Source of the DNA: Candidatus Omnitrophota bacterium
Lineage (GTDB): Bacteria > Omnitrophota > Gorgyraeia > Pluralincolimonadales > Pluralincolimonadaceae
Assembly: GCA_028716565.1 (NCBI GenBank)
Contig: JAQUPL010000001.1
Location: 147,545-211,544 of the forward strand
Direction of reading: 5' to 3'
Length of the DNA: 64,000 bases
Positions 39,181 to 48,577 of this stretch are shown here, in pieces. Each line of letters opens with the position of its first letter. The stretch's first letter is position 1. The notes under the pieces are model-generated. The model worked only from the letters and a program-made list of their open reading frames with translations. It was not told where the DNA came from and did not search any database. A program made the position numbers and the translations under genes.

Positions 39181-39237
39181 GCAAGGGAGGGCTGCAAGGC
39201 CTGCCTGAGCGCGTTCAGATACCTCTCCGAACACTGA
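39181..39237 (+). repeat. diverged duplicate of the last 57 nt of trxB (remnant, encodes ...AREGCKACLSAFRYLSEH-stop)
   Basis: 49 of 57 nt identical to 36691-36747 including the TGA at the same position. Several differences are synonymous (TATTTGTCG vs TACCTCTCC both YLS). Confidence 0.6.
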
Positions 39238-39251
39238 CTCGCCGTTTTCCC

Positions 39252-39280
39252 TTGACAAGGATATTTAAATAACATAGTAT
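39252..39280 (+). promoter_or_regulatory. candidate promoter (TTGACA-17-TAGTAT) upstream of hflK
   Basis: TTGACA 39252-39257, TAGTAT 39275-39280. Confidence 0.4.
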
Positions 39281-39354
39281 GAAACCATAAGACAATTAAT
39301 CGGGTCAGAAATATTAATTTATTTCTGAAGGAGAAGTCAATTTGGATGGTCGGG

Positions 39355-39392
39355 CCGCCATCTGTGAAAAAACAGATGGCGGTTTTTGTTTT
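39355..39392 (+). terminator. intrinsic terminator between the promoter above and hflK
   Basis: CCGCCATCTGT-GAAAAA-ACAGATGGCGG hairpin + TTTTTGTTTT. 30 nt upstream of the hflK ATG. Confidence 0.55.
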
Positions 39393-39424
39393 ATAAGGAT
39401 GAATTAAAACGGGAGGCGTAGATC

Positions 39425-40423
39425 ATGGACTGGCAGAACGTCCCTAATCCCGATGAGATAATCGGCATGGGAAGGAAAAGACTGGTTGATTTTTGGAAAT
39501 TTTTGCGATGGTTCATCGTGATATTCATCATTCTTATCGGCATAAAAGGGGTTGTTTACTCTATCGGCCCGGATGAGGTAGGCGTGATCCAGAGATTCGG
39601 CAAGTATATCGGCTTAAGCTCGCCCGGACTGCATGTAAAATTGCCTTTCGAGATAGACAAGGTGACCCCGGTTAAGGTGAAGAAGGTCTTTAAAGAGGAG
39701 TTCGGCTTTAGGACCGTAAAACCGGGAACAAGGACCGACTATAGAAGCGGAGGCAACAAAGACCAGTCCCTGATGCTTACCGGGGATTTGAATATCCTGG
39801 ACGTGCGCTGGATAATCCAATTCAAGATAAAAGACCCCGTTAAGCTGATCTTTGCCACCCGCAACCCTATGGATAACATCGACGATATTTCCGAAGTGGT
39901 GATGCGGCGTTTTGTCGGCGATTATACGGTCGACGAAGTGCTTACCACAAAGCGTGAGGAGATAGACGATCTCGCGCAGCAGGAGATCCAGAAGATCCTG
40001 GATAATTACAACGTGGGGGTCCAGATAGTCACGGTAAAACTGCTGGATGTTAATCCTCCCGAGAAGGTAAAACCGGCTTTCAACGAGGTAAACGAGGCAA
40101 AACAGGAAAAGGAAAAGATGATCAACCAGGCGTGGGAGGCCTACAACAAGGTCATCCCCAAGGCCAGGGGCCAGGCGGAGAAGACCATCCGCGAAGCGGA
40201 AGGTTACGCTACGGATAAGACAAACAGGGCAAAGGGCGAATCGGAACGGTTCCTGATAACATTAAAGGAATATAACAATGCCCCGGAGATAACCAGGAAG
40301 AGGCTATACTTAGAGACCTTAACGGAAGTCCTCCCTAAGGCAAGAGAAAAATATATAATTGATCCAGAGCAGAGGTCGATTCTTCCTATGCTCGACATGA
40401 AAAACAAGGAGGGCCAACGATAA
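39425..40423 (+). CDS. hflK: FtsH protease modulator HflK (SPFH/band-7)
   Basis: 332 aa. N-terminal TM, SPFH domain, HflK-type coiled-coil tail. Followed by hflC with overlapping stop/start (ATGA). Confidence 0.85.
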   Translation: MDWQNVPNPDEIIGMGRKRLVDFWKFLRWFIVIFIILIGIKGVVYSIGPDEVGVIQRFGKYIGLSSPGLHVKLPFEIDKVTPVKVKKVFKEEFGFRTVKPGTRTDYRSGGNKDQSLMLTGDLNILDVRWIIQFKIKDPVKLIFATRNPMDNIDDISEVVMRRFVGDYTVDEVLTTKREEIDDLAQQEIQKILDNYNVGVQIVTVKLLDVNPPEKVKPAFNEVNEAKQEKEKMINQAWEAYNKVIPKARGQAEKTIREAEGYATDKTNRAKGESERFLITLKEYNNAPEITRKRLYLETLTEVLPKAREKYIIDPEQRSILPMLDMKNKEGQR

Positions 40424-41379
40424 TGAAGAAACTGAGTTCCATTATCGCTTTATCTGTAGGAGTATTGGTCCTGGTGATCGCCGCTTTTGCCACCGGGGCT
40501 GTATATATTGTCGATGAAGTGCACCAGGTGGTGATCACGCAATTCGGCAAACCCATAGGAAACCCGATCACCTCCTCGGGGCTGCATCTTAAGAGGCCTT
40601 TTATCCAGACTGCCCATTATTTTGACAAGAGGCTGCTTGATTGGGACGGGGACCCGAACCAGATCCCGACCAGAGATAAGAAGTATATCTGGGTGGATAC
40701 GACCGCGCGATGGAGGATCGTGGATTCCCTGAAATTCCTGCAGTCGGTGGGTAATGAGATCGGCGCCCAGGGCAGGTTGGACGATATCATCAATTCTGCG
40801 ACCAGGGACGTGGTTACCAGCCATCTTTTGGTCGAGGCCGTAAGGGATTCAAACCGCATCCTGGAGACAAAGATCGAAGGAGAAGACCTGATAGTCACGG
40901 ATGAGGCGCTGGAAAGGATAAGTGTCGGCAGGGAACTGCTGGAGAAGGCTATCCTGGACAAGGCGAAGGTCCTCGCCCCGCAGTACGGCATAGAGATAGA
41001 CGATGTGCGCATTAAACGCATAAACTATGTCGAGGACGTGCGCAATAAGGTCTATGACCGCATGATCGCCGAGAGAAAACGCGCCGCCGAGAAATACCGC
41101 TCCGAAGGCCAGGGAAAATCCGCGGAGATCGAAGGGCAGGTGGCCAAAGAGTTAAAGGAGATCTCTTCGGAGGCATACAGGAAAGCCCAGCTTGTAATAG
41201 GTAAAGCCGATGCCGAAGCCGTCAGCATCTACGGCAAGGCCTACAGCCAGGATCCCGGTTTTTATTCATTTCTGAAGACGCTCGAGACGTATAAGGAGAC
41301 CATCGACGGGAATTCAACGGTGATCCTGACCACCGACAGCGATTATTATAAGTACCTTAAAACCCTTGACGAGAAGTAA
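40423..41379 (+). CDS. hflC: FtsH protease modulator HflC
   Basis: 318 aa. SPFH domain; canonical hflK-hflC pair. Confidence 0.85.
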   Translation: MKKLSSIIALSVGVLVLVIAAFATGAVYIVDEVHQVVITQFGKPIGNPITSSGLHLKRPFIQTAHYFDKRLLDWDGDPNQIPTRDKKYIWVDTTARWRIVDSLKFLQSVGNEIGAQGRLDDIINSATRDVVTSHLLVEAVRDSNRILETKIEGEDLIVTDEALERISVGRELLEKAILDKAKVLAPQYGIEIDDVRIKRINYVEDVRNKVYDRMIAERKRAAEKYRSEGQGKSAEIEGQVAKELKEISSEAYRKAQLVIGKADAEAVSIYGKAYSQDPGFYSFLKTLETYKETIDGNSTVILTTDSDYYKYLKTLDEK

Positions 41380-41428
41380 CATCCAGTCCCGAAGGAAGAC
41401 TAATCCTTTCCATAGGAATAGGCACGCA

Positions 41429-41488
41429 ATCACAACCCTCTGCAATTATAATAGTTGCAGAGGGTTTTTGTTTGGAGTAGAATAAATC
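41429..41488 (+). repeat. about 58-bp terminator-like repeat element, copy 1 (also the hflC terminator)
   Basis: ATCACAACCCTCTGCAATTATAATAGTTGCAGAGGGTTTTTGTTTGGAGTAGAATAAA. Hairpin CCCTCTGCAA/TTGCAGAGGG + T-run. About 86% identical to 48578-48636. Confidence 0.7.
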
Positions 41489-41622
41489 CTGACGGAGTGT
41501 CCCAAAGTGACACGTCCCCAAAATCCCGCAATAGCAGAAAATTAAGCAAAAAAGCAAATATTTCCTCTTGTAATAATGTCAATTAATGGTACATTAGAGT
41601 ATCTTCGATACGTGACGATAAT

Positions 41623-42195
41623 ATGAAAAAATCAACTATTATAATAATCGCGATCCTGCTAACGTTCCCTGCGGCGGCAAGCGCCAATCTGCTGGTCAAC
41701 CCGGGATTTGAGACGGGTAATTTCAGCGGATGGGCTCCTTACGCTTTCGGCTCTGAGAATGTATCAAGCGCAAACCCTTACACGGGCCAGTATGAGGCAA
41801 GAATAACTAACTACGGATGGATAACCCAAACCGTCAATTTAACGCCGAATGCCACCTACAAGCTGTCTTCATACCTGTATATGCCGCAAGACGGCGGTGA
41901 CGCGTCGATCTCCATAACTTTTTATAACTCTACCGGCACGACTTCCTTCCAGCAGGAGCGTTCCTGGCAGCGGATCCCGGGAGACCAGCAATACGATAAG
42001 ATAGAAACGGACTGGCTGGTTGCCCCCAGTTATACCGCTTATGCCAAAGTGCGCTGCTCAGTCGCTTCAGCCGGCAGCTATATTGACTTCGATGACGTCA
42101 GCTTGGATGTTGTGCCGGAACCGAGCTCGCTGGTTCTTCTGTTTACCGGCCTTACAGGATTATTCGGTTTACTGACCCGCCCCAAAGGTGTATGA
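41623..42195 (+). CDS. PEP-CTERM sorting-signal protein with CBM-like N-terminal domain
   Basis: 190 aa. Signal peptide. C-terminus VVPEPSSLVLLFTGLTGLFGLLTRPKG is a classic PEP-CTERM (PEP, TM, basic tail). Confidence 0.6.
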   Translation: MKKSTIIIIAILLTFPAAASANLLVNPGFETGNFSGWAPYAFGSENVSSANPYTGQYEARITNYGWITQTVNLTPNATYKLSSYLYMPQDGGDASISITFYNSTGTTSFQQERSWQRIPGDQQYDKIETDWLVAPSYTAYAKVRCSVASAGSYIDFDDVSLDVVPEPSSLVLLFTGLTGLFGLLTRPKGV

Positions 42196-42228
42196 TATTC
42201 CCGTACTCCAATTAACTGGAGGAAGGGG

Positions 42229-42468
42229 ATGCCTTTTCTGCTGATTTTATTATTGGTTCCTTTAGTCATCTTAATAGCCGGCTTAATATTATTCATTAAG
42301 CCGGCTTCTTGCATTAAATGGCAGATTAAATTCTACAGCAAGATCAACTGGCGAATGGAACCCATCAATATGGAAATGGAGATCAGGAATACGAAGATCA
42401 TGGGATTATTCCTGATTGGCGCGGCTATAGCAACGGTCATCTATCCATTAATTAGGGGAAATAAATGA
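42229..42468 (+). CDS. small hypothetical membrane protein
   Basis: 79 aa, two TM helices. Stop overlaps the next start. Confidence 0.3.
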   Translation: MPFLLILLLVPLVILIAGLILFIKPASCIKWQIKFYSKINWRMEPINMEMEIRNTKIMGLFLIGAAIATVIYPLIRGNK

Positions 42469-44759
42469 AAAAGATCATTTTGATAACGTTAATTTTATTA
42501 TTTTCATTTACAGGCCCTTTGATTCCTGCAAAGGAAGAGAATCTCGCTGATTCTACGCCTCCTTCCGCACCCGTAATCAATACTGATAAGAGAACAAAAT
42601 CACTAGATATGATCGTTGCGCACTGGAAAAGCGAAGACCCTGAATCAGGGATAGCCGAGTATCAGTACGCAATAGGGACGGTCCCGGAAGGCACCGATGT
42701 TCTATACTGGACCTCAAACGGGCCGAACGAAGATTGTTATGTCTATCAGGTAAGATTGGAGAAAAATAAAAATTACTATATCTCTGTGGTCGCAAAAAAT
42801 AAAGCGGGCTTAAAAAGCAAAGTAGCCACAGCCGGTCCGATAAAAGCTGCAAAAGAAGTATATATATCGGTTGAATGGCCAAGGTTTAATTCAATTATAA
42901 GGAATAATGAAACAAGGATAAGTGGCACTGCCGAAGGTGTTGATACTGTAAATATTAACGGCAGGGAATTCGCAGTTAATGATGACGAGTCATTTAAAGG
43001 CCCGACTTTAGTAGCACCCGGTTATGCCGCAAGAAAAGGGATCGATGCAAAAGACCCGAATTATATTATTATGAATTTTCCCGGGAAGACAGATATTAAA
43101 GTATCCGCCGAAGGAGAGGAATCGTTTACAACGTGTTACTATTATCAAGCTTATTTGAAGAGTTCTACAACTTCGGAGAGTTATGCTTATTCTGATGAGT
43201 TCCAATCCTGGAATATGGATGCCTTGGCAAAATCACCGTTTGCCGATTGGAAAGACTATCAATATCCATCAAGGATCAGGACTAAGAAAAATATGTCGGA
43301 AGCCTGGACGCCCTGGCAATATTGCGATTACTACTTTAAGTGGTGGAGATATTATCATAGCGCAATATCATATCCCGGGAAACCGGGCAGATGCACTTCC
43401 TCAATGACGATTCATACACTACCGGCCAAAAAAGGAGAGATTGAGCCGATGATATTGCTATTCCAAGAGTGCATGATATCACCTTATGACTTTAAAGGAA
43501 GGCGTCCTGATATTTCAGAATATAAGATGAATGGCAGACAATTGAAGTGGTTTTACGGTGATGCAAATAAATTGCCCAACTGCGCTTATATCATCCTGGA
43601 TAAGTATGTTCCGGATACCGATATCGAGCTTAAGGTCGAAGCTCCTGTTTTGAAGACCGATACTAAAGGGAATCCAACCGAATTACAGACATTTGCGTGC
43701 CGGTTCATAGATGTATTTGAAATGGAACTCGTACGCGAAACCCCGTTTAACAGCGGAAATTATAGCGTTGTGCAGACTATACCGATTTTCACCCCGGATA
43801 CAGGAGAAGGGCGAGGGTTGCCTTTGGGCGTGATTAACATGCCTTTTTTAAAGCTTAACCTTGATAAGGAATTATCTGATTCGCAGGTTGACCACTTAAA
43901 TGCTGAATTGAGAATAGCTGACAAAGTCACGAAATATACCTTAACGGAAACGTCACCCAATTCGCAGGTGTTTACGGACGAATCTAAGGACTTCGTTATC
44001 AAATTTGAGCCTTTAGTAAAAACTAGCCCAAGCGAACAAGATGATATTGTATGTTTTTTAACCTCAAAGAAAAATAACATAAATGACCAGGTTTTCAATC
44101 TTAGAGAAACCGCCTCGGATTCACTATGTTTTGAGGACGTAAAAGTGTTCATTACGGTCTGGTTTAAAGGAGAATTAAGCGACCAGCAAAAAGATATGAT
44201 GACAATCCAATTCACGAAAGGCATGATGGCTGGCGACCAGGAGCTTACGGAAACGGGCGAAAACTCGTTGGAATTTACGAACAAAGACGGCGATCTTACG
44301 GTGCGGCTTAACAACTATAAGGGTAAATTTAGTGGTGCGCTTGATGTGACTGCCCCGAACAAGGGCTATATGGACCTAAAAAGCCCAAGGCTTATTCTTG
44401 AGAGAGTCGACCCATCAAAATACTGTTTTACAAATGAAAATTTCGGCAACGGCACTAATGTTACCCAAGAAGATCCCGGAATATCCGGCGAGGGTATATT
44501 CAGGGCCAGGATAAGAGGATTGCACGATCTCAATAAATATTCTTTAAATCGGCTGGTAATCGTGATTACAGTTGATGGAGTTTCAAAGAGTTTAAAATTA
44601 ACAAAACACACGGATGGATCGTACATTACCGGAAATCTGCTATTAGTTCTGAAAGATCAAAAGGGGGAAAGGGACTATAAAGGAGTAACCGTATTCCACA
44701 CAGATGGCAAAAAGGGTGTAGGGGCTATTTCAACAAAATTTATGGAAGTAAACGAATAA
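42465..44759 (+). CDS. large secreted protein of unknown function (N-terminal FN3/Ig-like module)
   Basis: 764 aa. Signal peptide, then PSAPVINTD...WKSEDPESGIAEYQYAIGT...module. Remainder has no recognisable motif. Confidence 0.5.
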   Translation: MKKIILITLILLFSFTGPLIPAKEENLADSTPPSAPVINTDKRTKSLDMIVAHWKSEDPESGIAEYQYAIGTVPEGTDVLYWTSNGPNEDCYVYQVRLEKNKNYYISVVAKNKAGLKSKVATAGPIKAAKEVYISVEWPRFNSIIRNNETRISGTAEGVDTVNINGREFAVNDDESFKGPTLVAPGYAARKGIDAKDPNYIIMNFPGKTDIKVSAEGEESFTTCYYYQAYLKSSTTSESYAYSDEFQSWNMDALAKSPFADWKDYQYPSRIRTKKNMSEAWTPWQYCDYYFKWWRYYHSAISYPGKPGRCTSSMTIHTLPAKKGEIEPMILLFQECMISPYDFKGRRPDISEYKMNGRQLKWFYGDANKLPNCAYIILDKYVPDTDIELKVEAPVLKTDTKGNPTELQTFACRFIDVFEMELVRETPFNSGNYSVVQTIPIFTPDTGEGRGLPLGVINMPFLKLNLDKELSDSQVDHLNAELRIADKVTKYTLTETSPNSQVFTDESKDFVIKFEPLVKTSPSEQDDIVCFLTSKKNNINDQVFNLRETASDSLCFEDVKVFITVWFKGELSDQQKDMMTIQFTKGMMAGDQELTETGENSLEFTNKDGDLTVRLNNYKGKFSGALDVTAPNKGYMDLKSPRLILERVDPSKYCFTNENFGNGTNVTQEDPGISGEGIFRARIRGLHDLNKYSLNRLVIVITVDGVSKSLKLTKHTDGSYITGNLLLVLKDQKGERDYKGVTVFHTDGKKGVGAISTKFMEVNE

Positions 44760-44858
44760 AGTCTAATAAGCCAAAGTCTGATTTCATATGCCCGCGCAGA
44801 GAAGACATACGACAAGTCGATCGATAATTACCTGCGTAACAGAAAAAGATAGAATAAT

Positions 44859-45362
44859 ATGAAAATATTAAAGATACTTCTATTTTTAGTTTTAATGTTT
44901 ATTGGGGTTTATTTCTTAATAATCAGTATCGAGGGTTTTATACCCATTTTGACCAGGCATGTTGATACAAATGGAAATGATTTAATTATACTGCTGACGA
45001 TTTGTACTTTTTTCGCGGCAATGTGTCTGATAGGTTCTATTGGAAAATTATTCTTCAGAAAATGGGCCCGCTTCCTAGTAATTGTTGATGTCGCGTTTAA
45101 TATCGCGATTGCATTTTTTCTTTCCGGATTTACTGTAATAATTCAAACTGGAGTGGATACTGCCTACAGCGATTCTGTCGGCATCATTAGATACTGGGGT
45201 TTTCCAATTCATTATTGTTCGAAGGCTCCTGGTTTAGCTTGGGCTGAGTATGATCCTATGCGGTTTTTATTGAATTCATTTGTTTGGTTCATCTTTCTTA
45301 TGGCGTTTTGGTTTTATCGGAGAAAAATAGGACAGAAATCTAAAGAAGCAAGGCCTGAATGA
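44859..45362 (+). CDS. hypothetical polytopic membrane protein
   Basis: 167 aa, 4 predicted TM helices. Confidence 0.4.
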   Translation: MKILKILLFLVLMFIGVYFLIISIEGFIPILTRHVDTNGNDLIILLTICTFFAAMCLIGSIGKLFFRKWARFLVIVDVAFNIAIAFFLSGFTVIIQTGVDTAYSDSVGIIRYWGFPIHYCSKAPGLAWAEYDPMRFLLNSFVWFIFLMAFWFYRRKIGQKSKEARPE

Positions 45363-45688
45363 GGATCTGGGATATAGCGCCAAGAAAATTATGCCGCAAC
45401 CATCTCCTGGGCGAGCACAGGGAACTTCACGCCATCTGGTCTGTCCTGACACGCAAAAAGAAAGGGTATTCCCGTCATCCGGAGACCTTAAGGTGGAAGG
45501 GCAGGTTAAAGGCGCTGTATTCAAGGCACAATAAGCTCATAGCGGAGTTTAAAAGGCGGGGTTACAGGCATTACAGCCCTCTTGATTCGAGGCTGGCAAT
45601 AGGGAAGGGGAGGCAAACGCAATTCGTCAATTCGGTCAGTGAACAGGCTCAAATTTTAGGAAGGAAACACTGCGGCTGTAAGATATAA
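45359..45688 (+). CDS. pyrimidine-dimer DNA glycosylase-like protein (T4 endonuclease V / Pyr_excise family, short form)
   Basis: 109 aa. RNHLLGEHRELHAIWSV aligns with T4 endoV ADQHLMAEYRELPRVFG (catalytic Glu region). Confidence 0.5.
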   Translation: MRIWDIAPRKLCRNHLLGEHRELHAIWSVLTRKKKGYSRHPETLRWKGRLKALYSRHNKLIAEFKRRGYRHYSPLDSRLAIGKGRQTQFVNSVSEQAQILGRKHCGCKI

Positions 45689-45704
45689 AAGGGGACAGTT
45701 CATA

Positions 45705-47384
45705 ATGAAAAAAGTTAATGGTTTTTTAGTATTTATTACGATTATATTGTTAATTTTCCCTTCTAAAGTATCATTTTCTGTTACTGAGGAACAAATAAAA
45801 ACTTATGCTCCGAAATGCATAGAAGTGTTGAAAAGCGAAACAACTTCTGCTGAAGAAAAAAAGGAAGCAGCCACAAAACTTCGGTACTATGTAGATAAAT
45901 CTATAACGAAGCAACTAATAGAGCTTTTGAAAGCCAAGGATCCCATGTCAAGATATACAGCAGTACGATATTTGGACCTCACAAAGGATCCTTTAGCTAT
46001 ACCCGCATTAGTGGATACATTAAAGGATAAAGACGATGGAGTTAGGCGACTTGCAGCATCGGCATTACAAGGTTACTCGGGCAAAGAAGAAAATGCCCCG
46101 GCGTTTAATTCAAAGATGATTTTACGAATAACTCAATCATTACATGATCAAGATGCCAAGGTGAGAAGGTCGGTCCTATTGATATTAGCGTCTCTGAAAG
46201 ATCAGTCGGCGGTTCCGTCTGCTGTAAAGGCTTTGGGTGACCCGGAACCTGAGGTAAGAAAGGAAGCTGTTAATATATTGATAAAGTTAGATGTCTACAA
46301 GGCAGCTCCCTATCTTATGAGGGTTCTGAAAGATAAAAATGAGGATGTGCAACGAGCCGCTATATGCGGTTTAATATGTTCCAAGAACACTTCTATTGTA
46401 CCCAATCTCATAGACTTAACAAAGGATCAAGATGCTAACATAAGAAGACAGGCTATATTTTGCTTACAATTTCTGAATGATAAAAGAGCTATACCTGTTT
46501 TTATTAAATCTTTGGACGATCAAGATAAAGAAGTGAGGCGACGGGCGGTGTATGCTTTAGGCGCAAAGGGATTTGAAGGAACAGAGGTGATCGATGGTTT
46601 AATCAAAGCATTGGGCGATGAATCTGATGAGGTCCGTGAAGCAGCCGCTTTTGGTTTAGGGCATAAAGAGGGAGCTAAAAAAGCCATCCCCGTACTTATG
46701 GATGCTTACAAAAAAGGATCTAACAGATCAAGGATATCAAGCAGTAGCACACTTATTAAGCTATGTGACAAAACTGATATTCCCTTTTTTGTCGGGCTTC
46801 TCAAAAGCGACAATCCTCATCTTAAATCTCAGACATGTTACATATTGGAAAATATCGGCGATAAATCAGCAATTGCTCCTTTGCTCGAGGTTTATAAAAA
46901 AGATGCCGATGAAAATGTTAAATTAAGCGCTTTTCACGCTCTCATAACAATTGATGATTTTCCAGAAATGCGTCCTATCTGTTTAGAGGCATTAAAAATG
47001 TCTAAGCCTCAGTTTAAATGTTATGCATTATATGGGCTAATGAAATTGAAAGACGAGTCTGTATATGATGATGTTATTAAGTATTCAAAAGATGAAAATA
47101 GAGAAGTTCGTAAAGCAGCCATTGTATTTATTGGCTCGTCAACAAATAAAAATGCGTTGAAAGATATTGAACCCTTCTTGGAAGATGCGGATTTGGATGT
47201 TAGGGAAGAAACTGTTGTTTTAATTGTAAAGAAATTGGGCAAAGAATCGATCCCTATATTGGAGCGCCATGTGGATCGAACAAGCGATTCCTCTGACCCT
47301 GTAAAGGTCACCCTGAATGCTTTGAAAGCTGGGAAAGAGCCCGACGCTGCGATAATAGAAATGTTTTATACTTTTCATGAATAA
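45705..47384 (+). CDS. HEAT-repeat (PBS-lyase-like) protein, exported/anchored
   Basis: 559 aa. N-terminal signal/anchor, then about 12 repeats of the AIPALVDTLKDKDDGVRRLAASAL type. Confidence 0.65.
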   Translation: MKKVNGFLVFITIILLIFPSKVSFSVTEEQIKTYAPKCIEVLKSETTSAEEKKEAATKLRYYVDKSITKQLIELLKAKDPMSRYTAVRYLDLTKDPLAIPALVDTLKDKDDGVRRLAASALQGYSGKEENAPAFNSKMILRITQSLHDQDAKVRRSVLLILASLKDQSAVPSAVKALGDPEPEVRKEAVNILIKLDVYKAAPYLMRVLKDKNEDVQRAAICGLICSKNTSIVPNLIDLTKDQDANIRRQAIFCLQFLNDKRAIPVFIKSLDDQDKEVRRRAVYALGAKGFEGTEVIDGLIKALGDESDEVREAAAFGLGHKEGAKKAIPVLMDAYKKGSNRSRISSSSTLIKLCDKTDIPFFVGLLKSDNPHLKSQTCYILENIGDKSAIAPLLEVYKKDADENVKLSAFHALITIDDFPEMRPICLEALKMSKPQFKCYALYGLMKLKDESVYDDVIKYSKDENREVRKAAIVFIGSSTNKNALKDIEPFLEDADLDVREETVVLIVKKLGKESIPILERHVDRTSDSSDPVKVTLNALKAGKEPDAAIIEMFYTFHE

Positions 47385-47421
47385 AAAGTAAGGTAAATAG
47401 AGGTCGCGTCGAAAGGTAGCA

Positions 47422-48077
47422 ATGAAAAAGGTAATCACCTACGTAGCGCTCACATTCCTTCTTAGCTCCGCCGGCTATTACCTGATAATCAATAGTAAAG
47501 CTTTAGGCCTGAGCCCGGCTTTGCTGATGTTATACCTTATGTGGTGTCCCGGGATCTCGGGCATGGCCACCTCGCTCATATATGAAAAGAGCCTCTCCGG
47601 CATCGGCTGGAAACCGGGCAAACTGCGCTGGCTGGGATTGGGGTATCTCCTGCCTATCTGCTACGCGGCCGCCGCTTATGGGATCATCTGGCTCTCCGGC
47701 TTCGGTGGCGTCAACCATGATTACCGTATTAACGCGTTTATACTCATCGTGTTGGGCCCGGCAATAAGCGTGGTGTATGCGGCAGGGGAGGAGATAGGCT
47801 GGCGCGGGTCACGATAACCGCGATGACCTTCGCTATCGGATGGCTAAGGCTGAAATCAGGCAGTGTCTGGCCGGCGATCCTGATGCACGCAAGCCATAAC
47901 TTTTACATCCAGTGGTTATTCGACCCGCTTACGACCGAAACAGGCCCGATGTCCAACTATATGATCGGCGAATCCGGTATCGTTTTAACAGTGATTTTTA
48001 TCGGGCTGGCGTTGGTTTTTTGGAGTCAAAGAGGGCGGCTTCCGAACTTCGAAAATAGAACCGGAGTTGTGCAATAA
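47422..48077 (+). pseudogene. CPBP (CAAX/Abi-type) intramembrane metalloprotease, frameshifted
   Basis: Motif 1 EEIGWRG at the end of ORF 47422-47817, then a stop. Motif 3 HASHN appears in the next ORF (47823-48077) in a different frame. Confidence 0.5.
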
Positions 48078-48102
48078 ACGTGAAAGGAATCTTGATTAGA
48101 AA

Positions 48103-48528
48103 ATGAAGTGGGATATAGCTCAAAAGAAGGTCAGCTCATTTCTTAGAAGCGGCTATGATGAACTAAAAAAGCAAAAAGTGGTAAATATCAATCATTCTTT
48201 TCCTACCAAACCCGGAACTTACATATTTATAAAAGAACGTAAAATCATATACGCAGGTGAAGCTTCTGAATTAAAAAGAAGAATGTACAGACACAAAAAA
48301 AGAACAGAGGTAAGTACTTTAAGAAAATCTATTGGTTTCGTCGTTTTTAAACAAGCAAAATCAGGAATGTTTAGCAAACAAATCGAAAATAGGATAAATA
48401 ACTATATTGCAAATCTTAAAATTAAATATATAGAAGTTCAATATGGTAGAAAAGAATTGGAAGAGTATATTATTAATATAGAAAAACCAATTCACAACAA
48501 AGTATTTAAAGGACCGAGATCTGTTTAA
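48103..48528 (+). CDS. GIY-YIG-like nuclease domain protein (tentative)
   Basis: 141 aa, AT-rich. PGTYIFIKERKIIYAGEASELKRRMYRH resembles GIY...YIG...R...H. Downstream Glu/Asn are present. Confidence 0.45.
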   Translation: MKWDIAQKKVSSFLRSGYDELKKQKVVNINHSFPTKPGTYIFIKERKIIYAGEASELKRRMYRHKKRTEVSTLRKSIGFVVFKQAKSGMFSKQIENRINNYIANLKIKYIEVQYGRKELEEYIINIEKPIHNKVFKGPRSV

Positions 48529-48577
48529 TTGGTACCACCCTAATTTTGTGCGTTGAAAGAACAGGGGTCATAAAATA

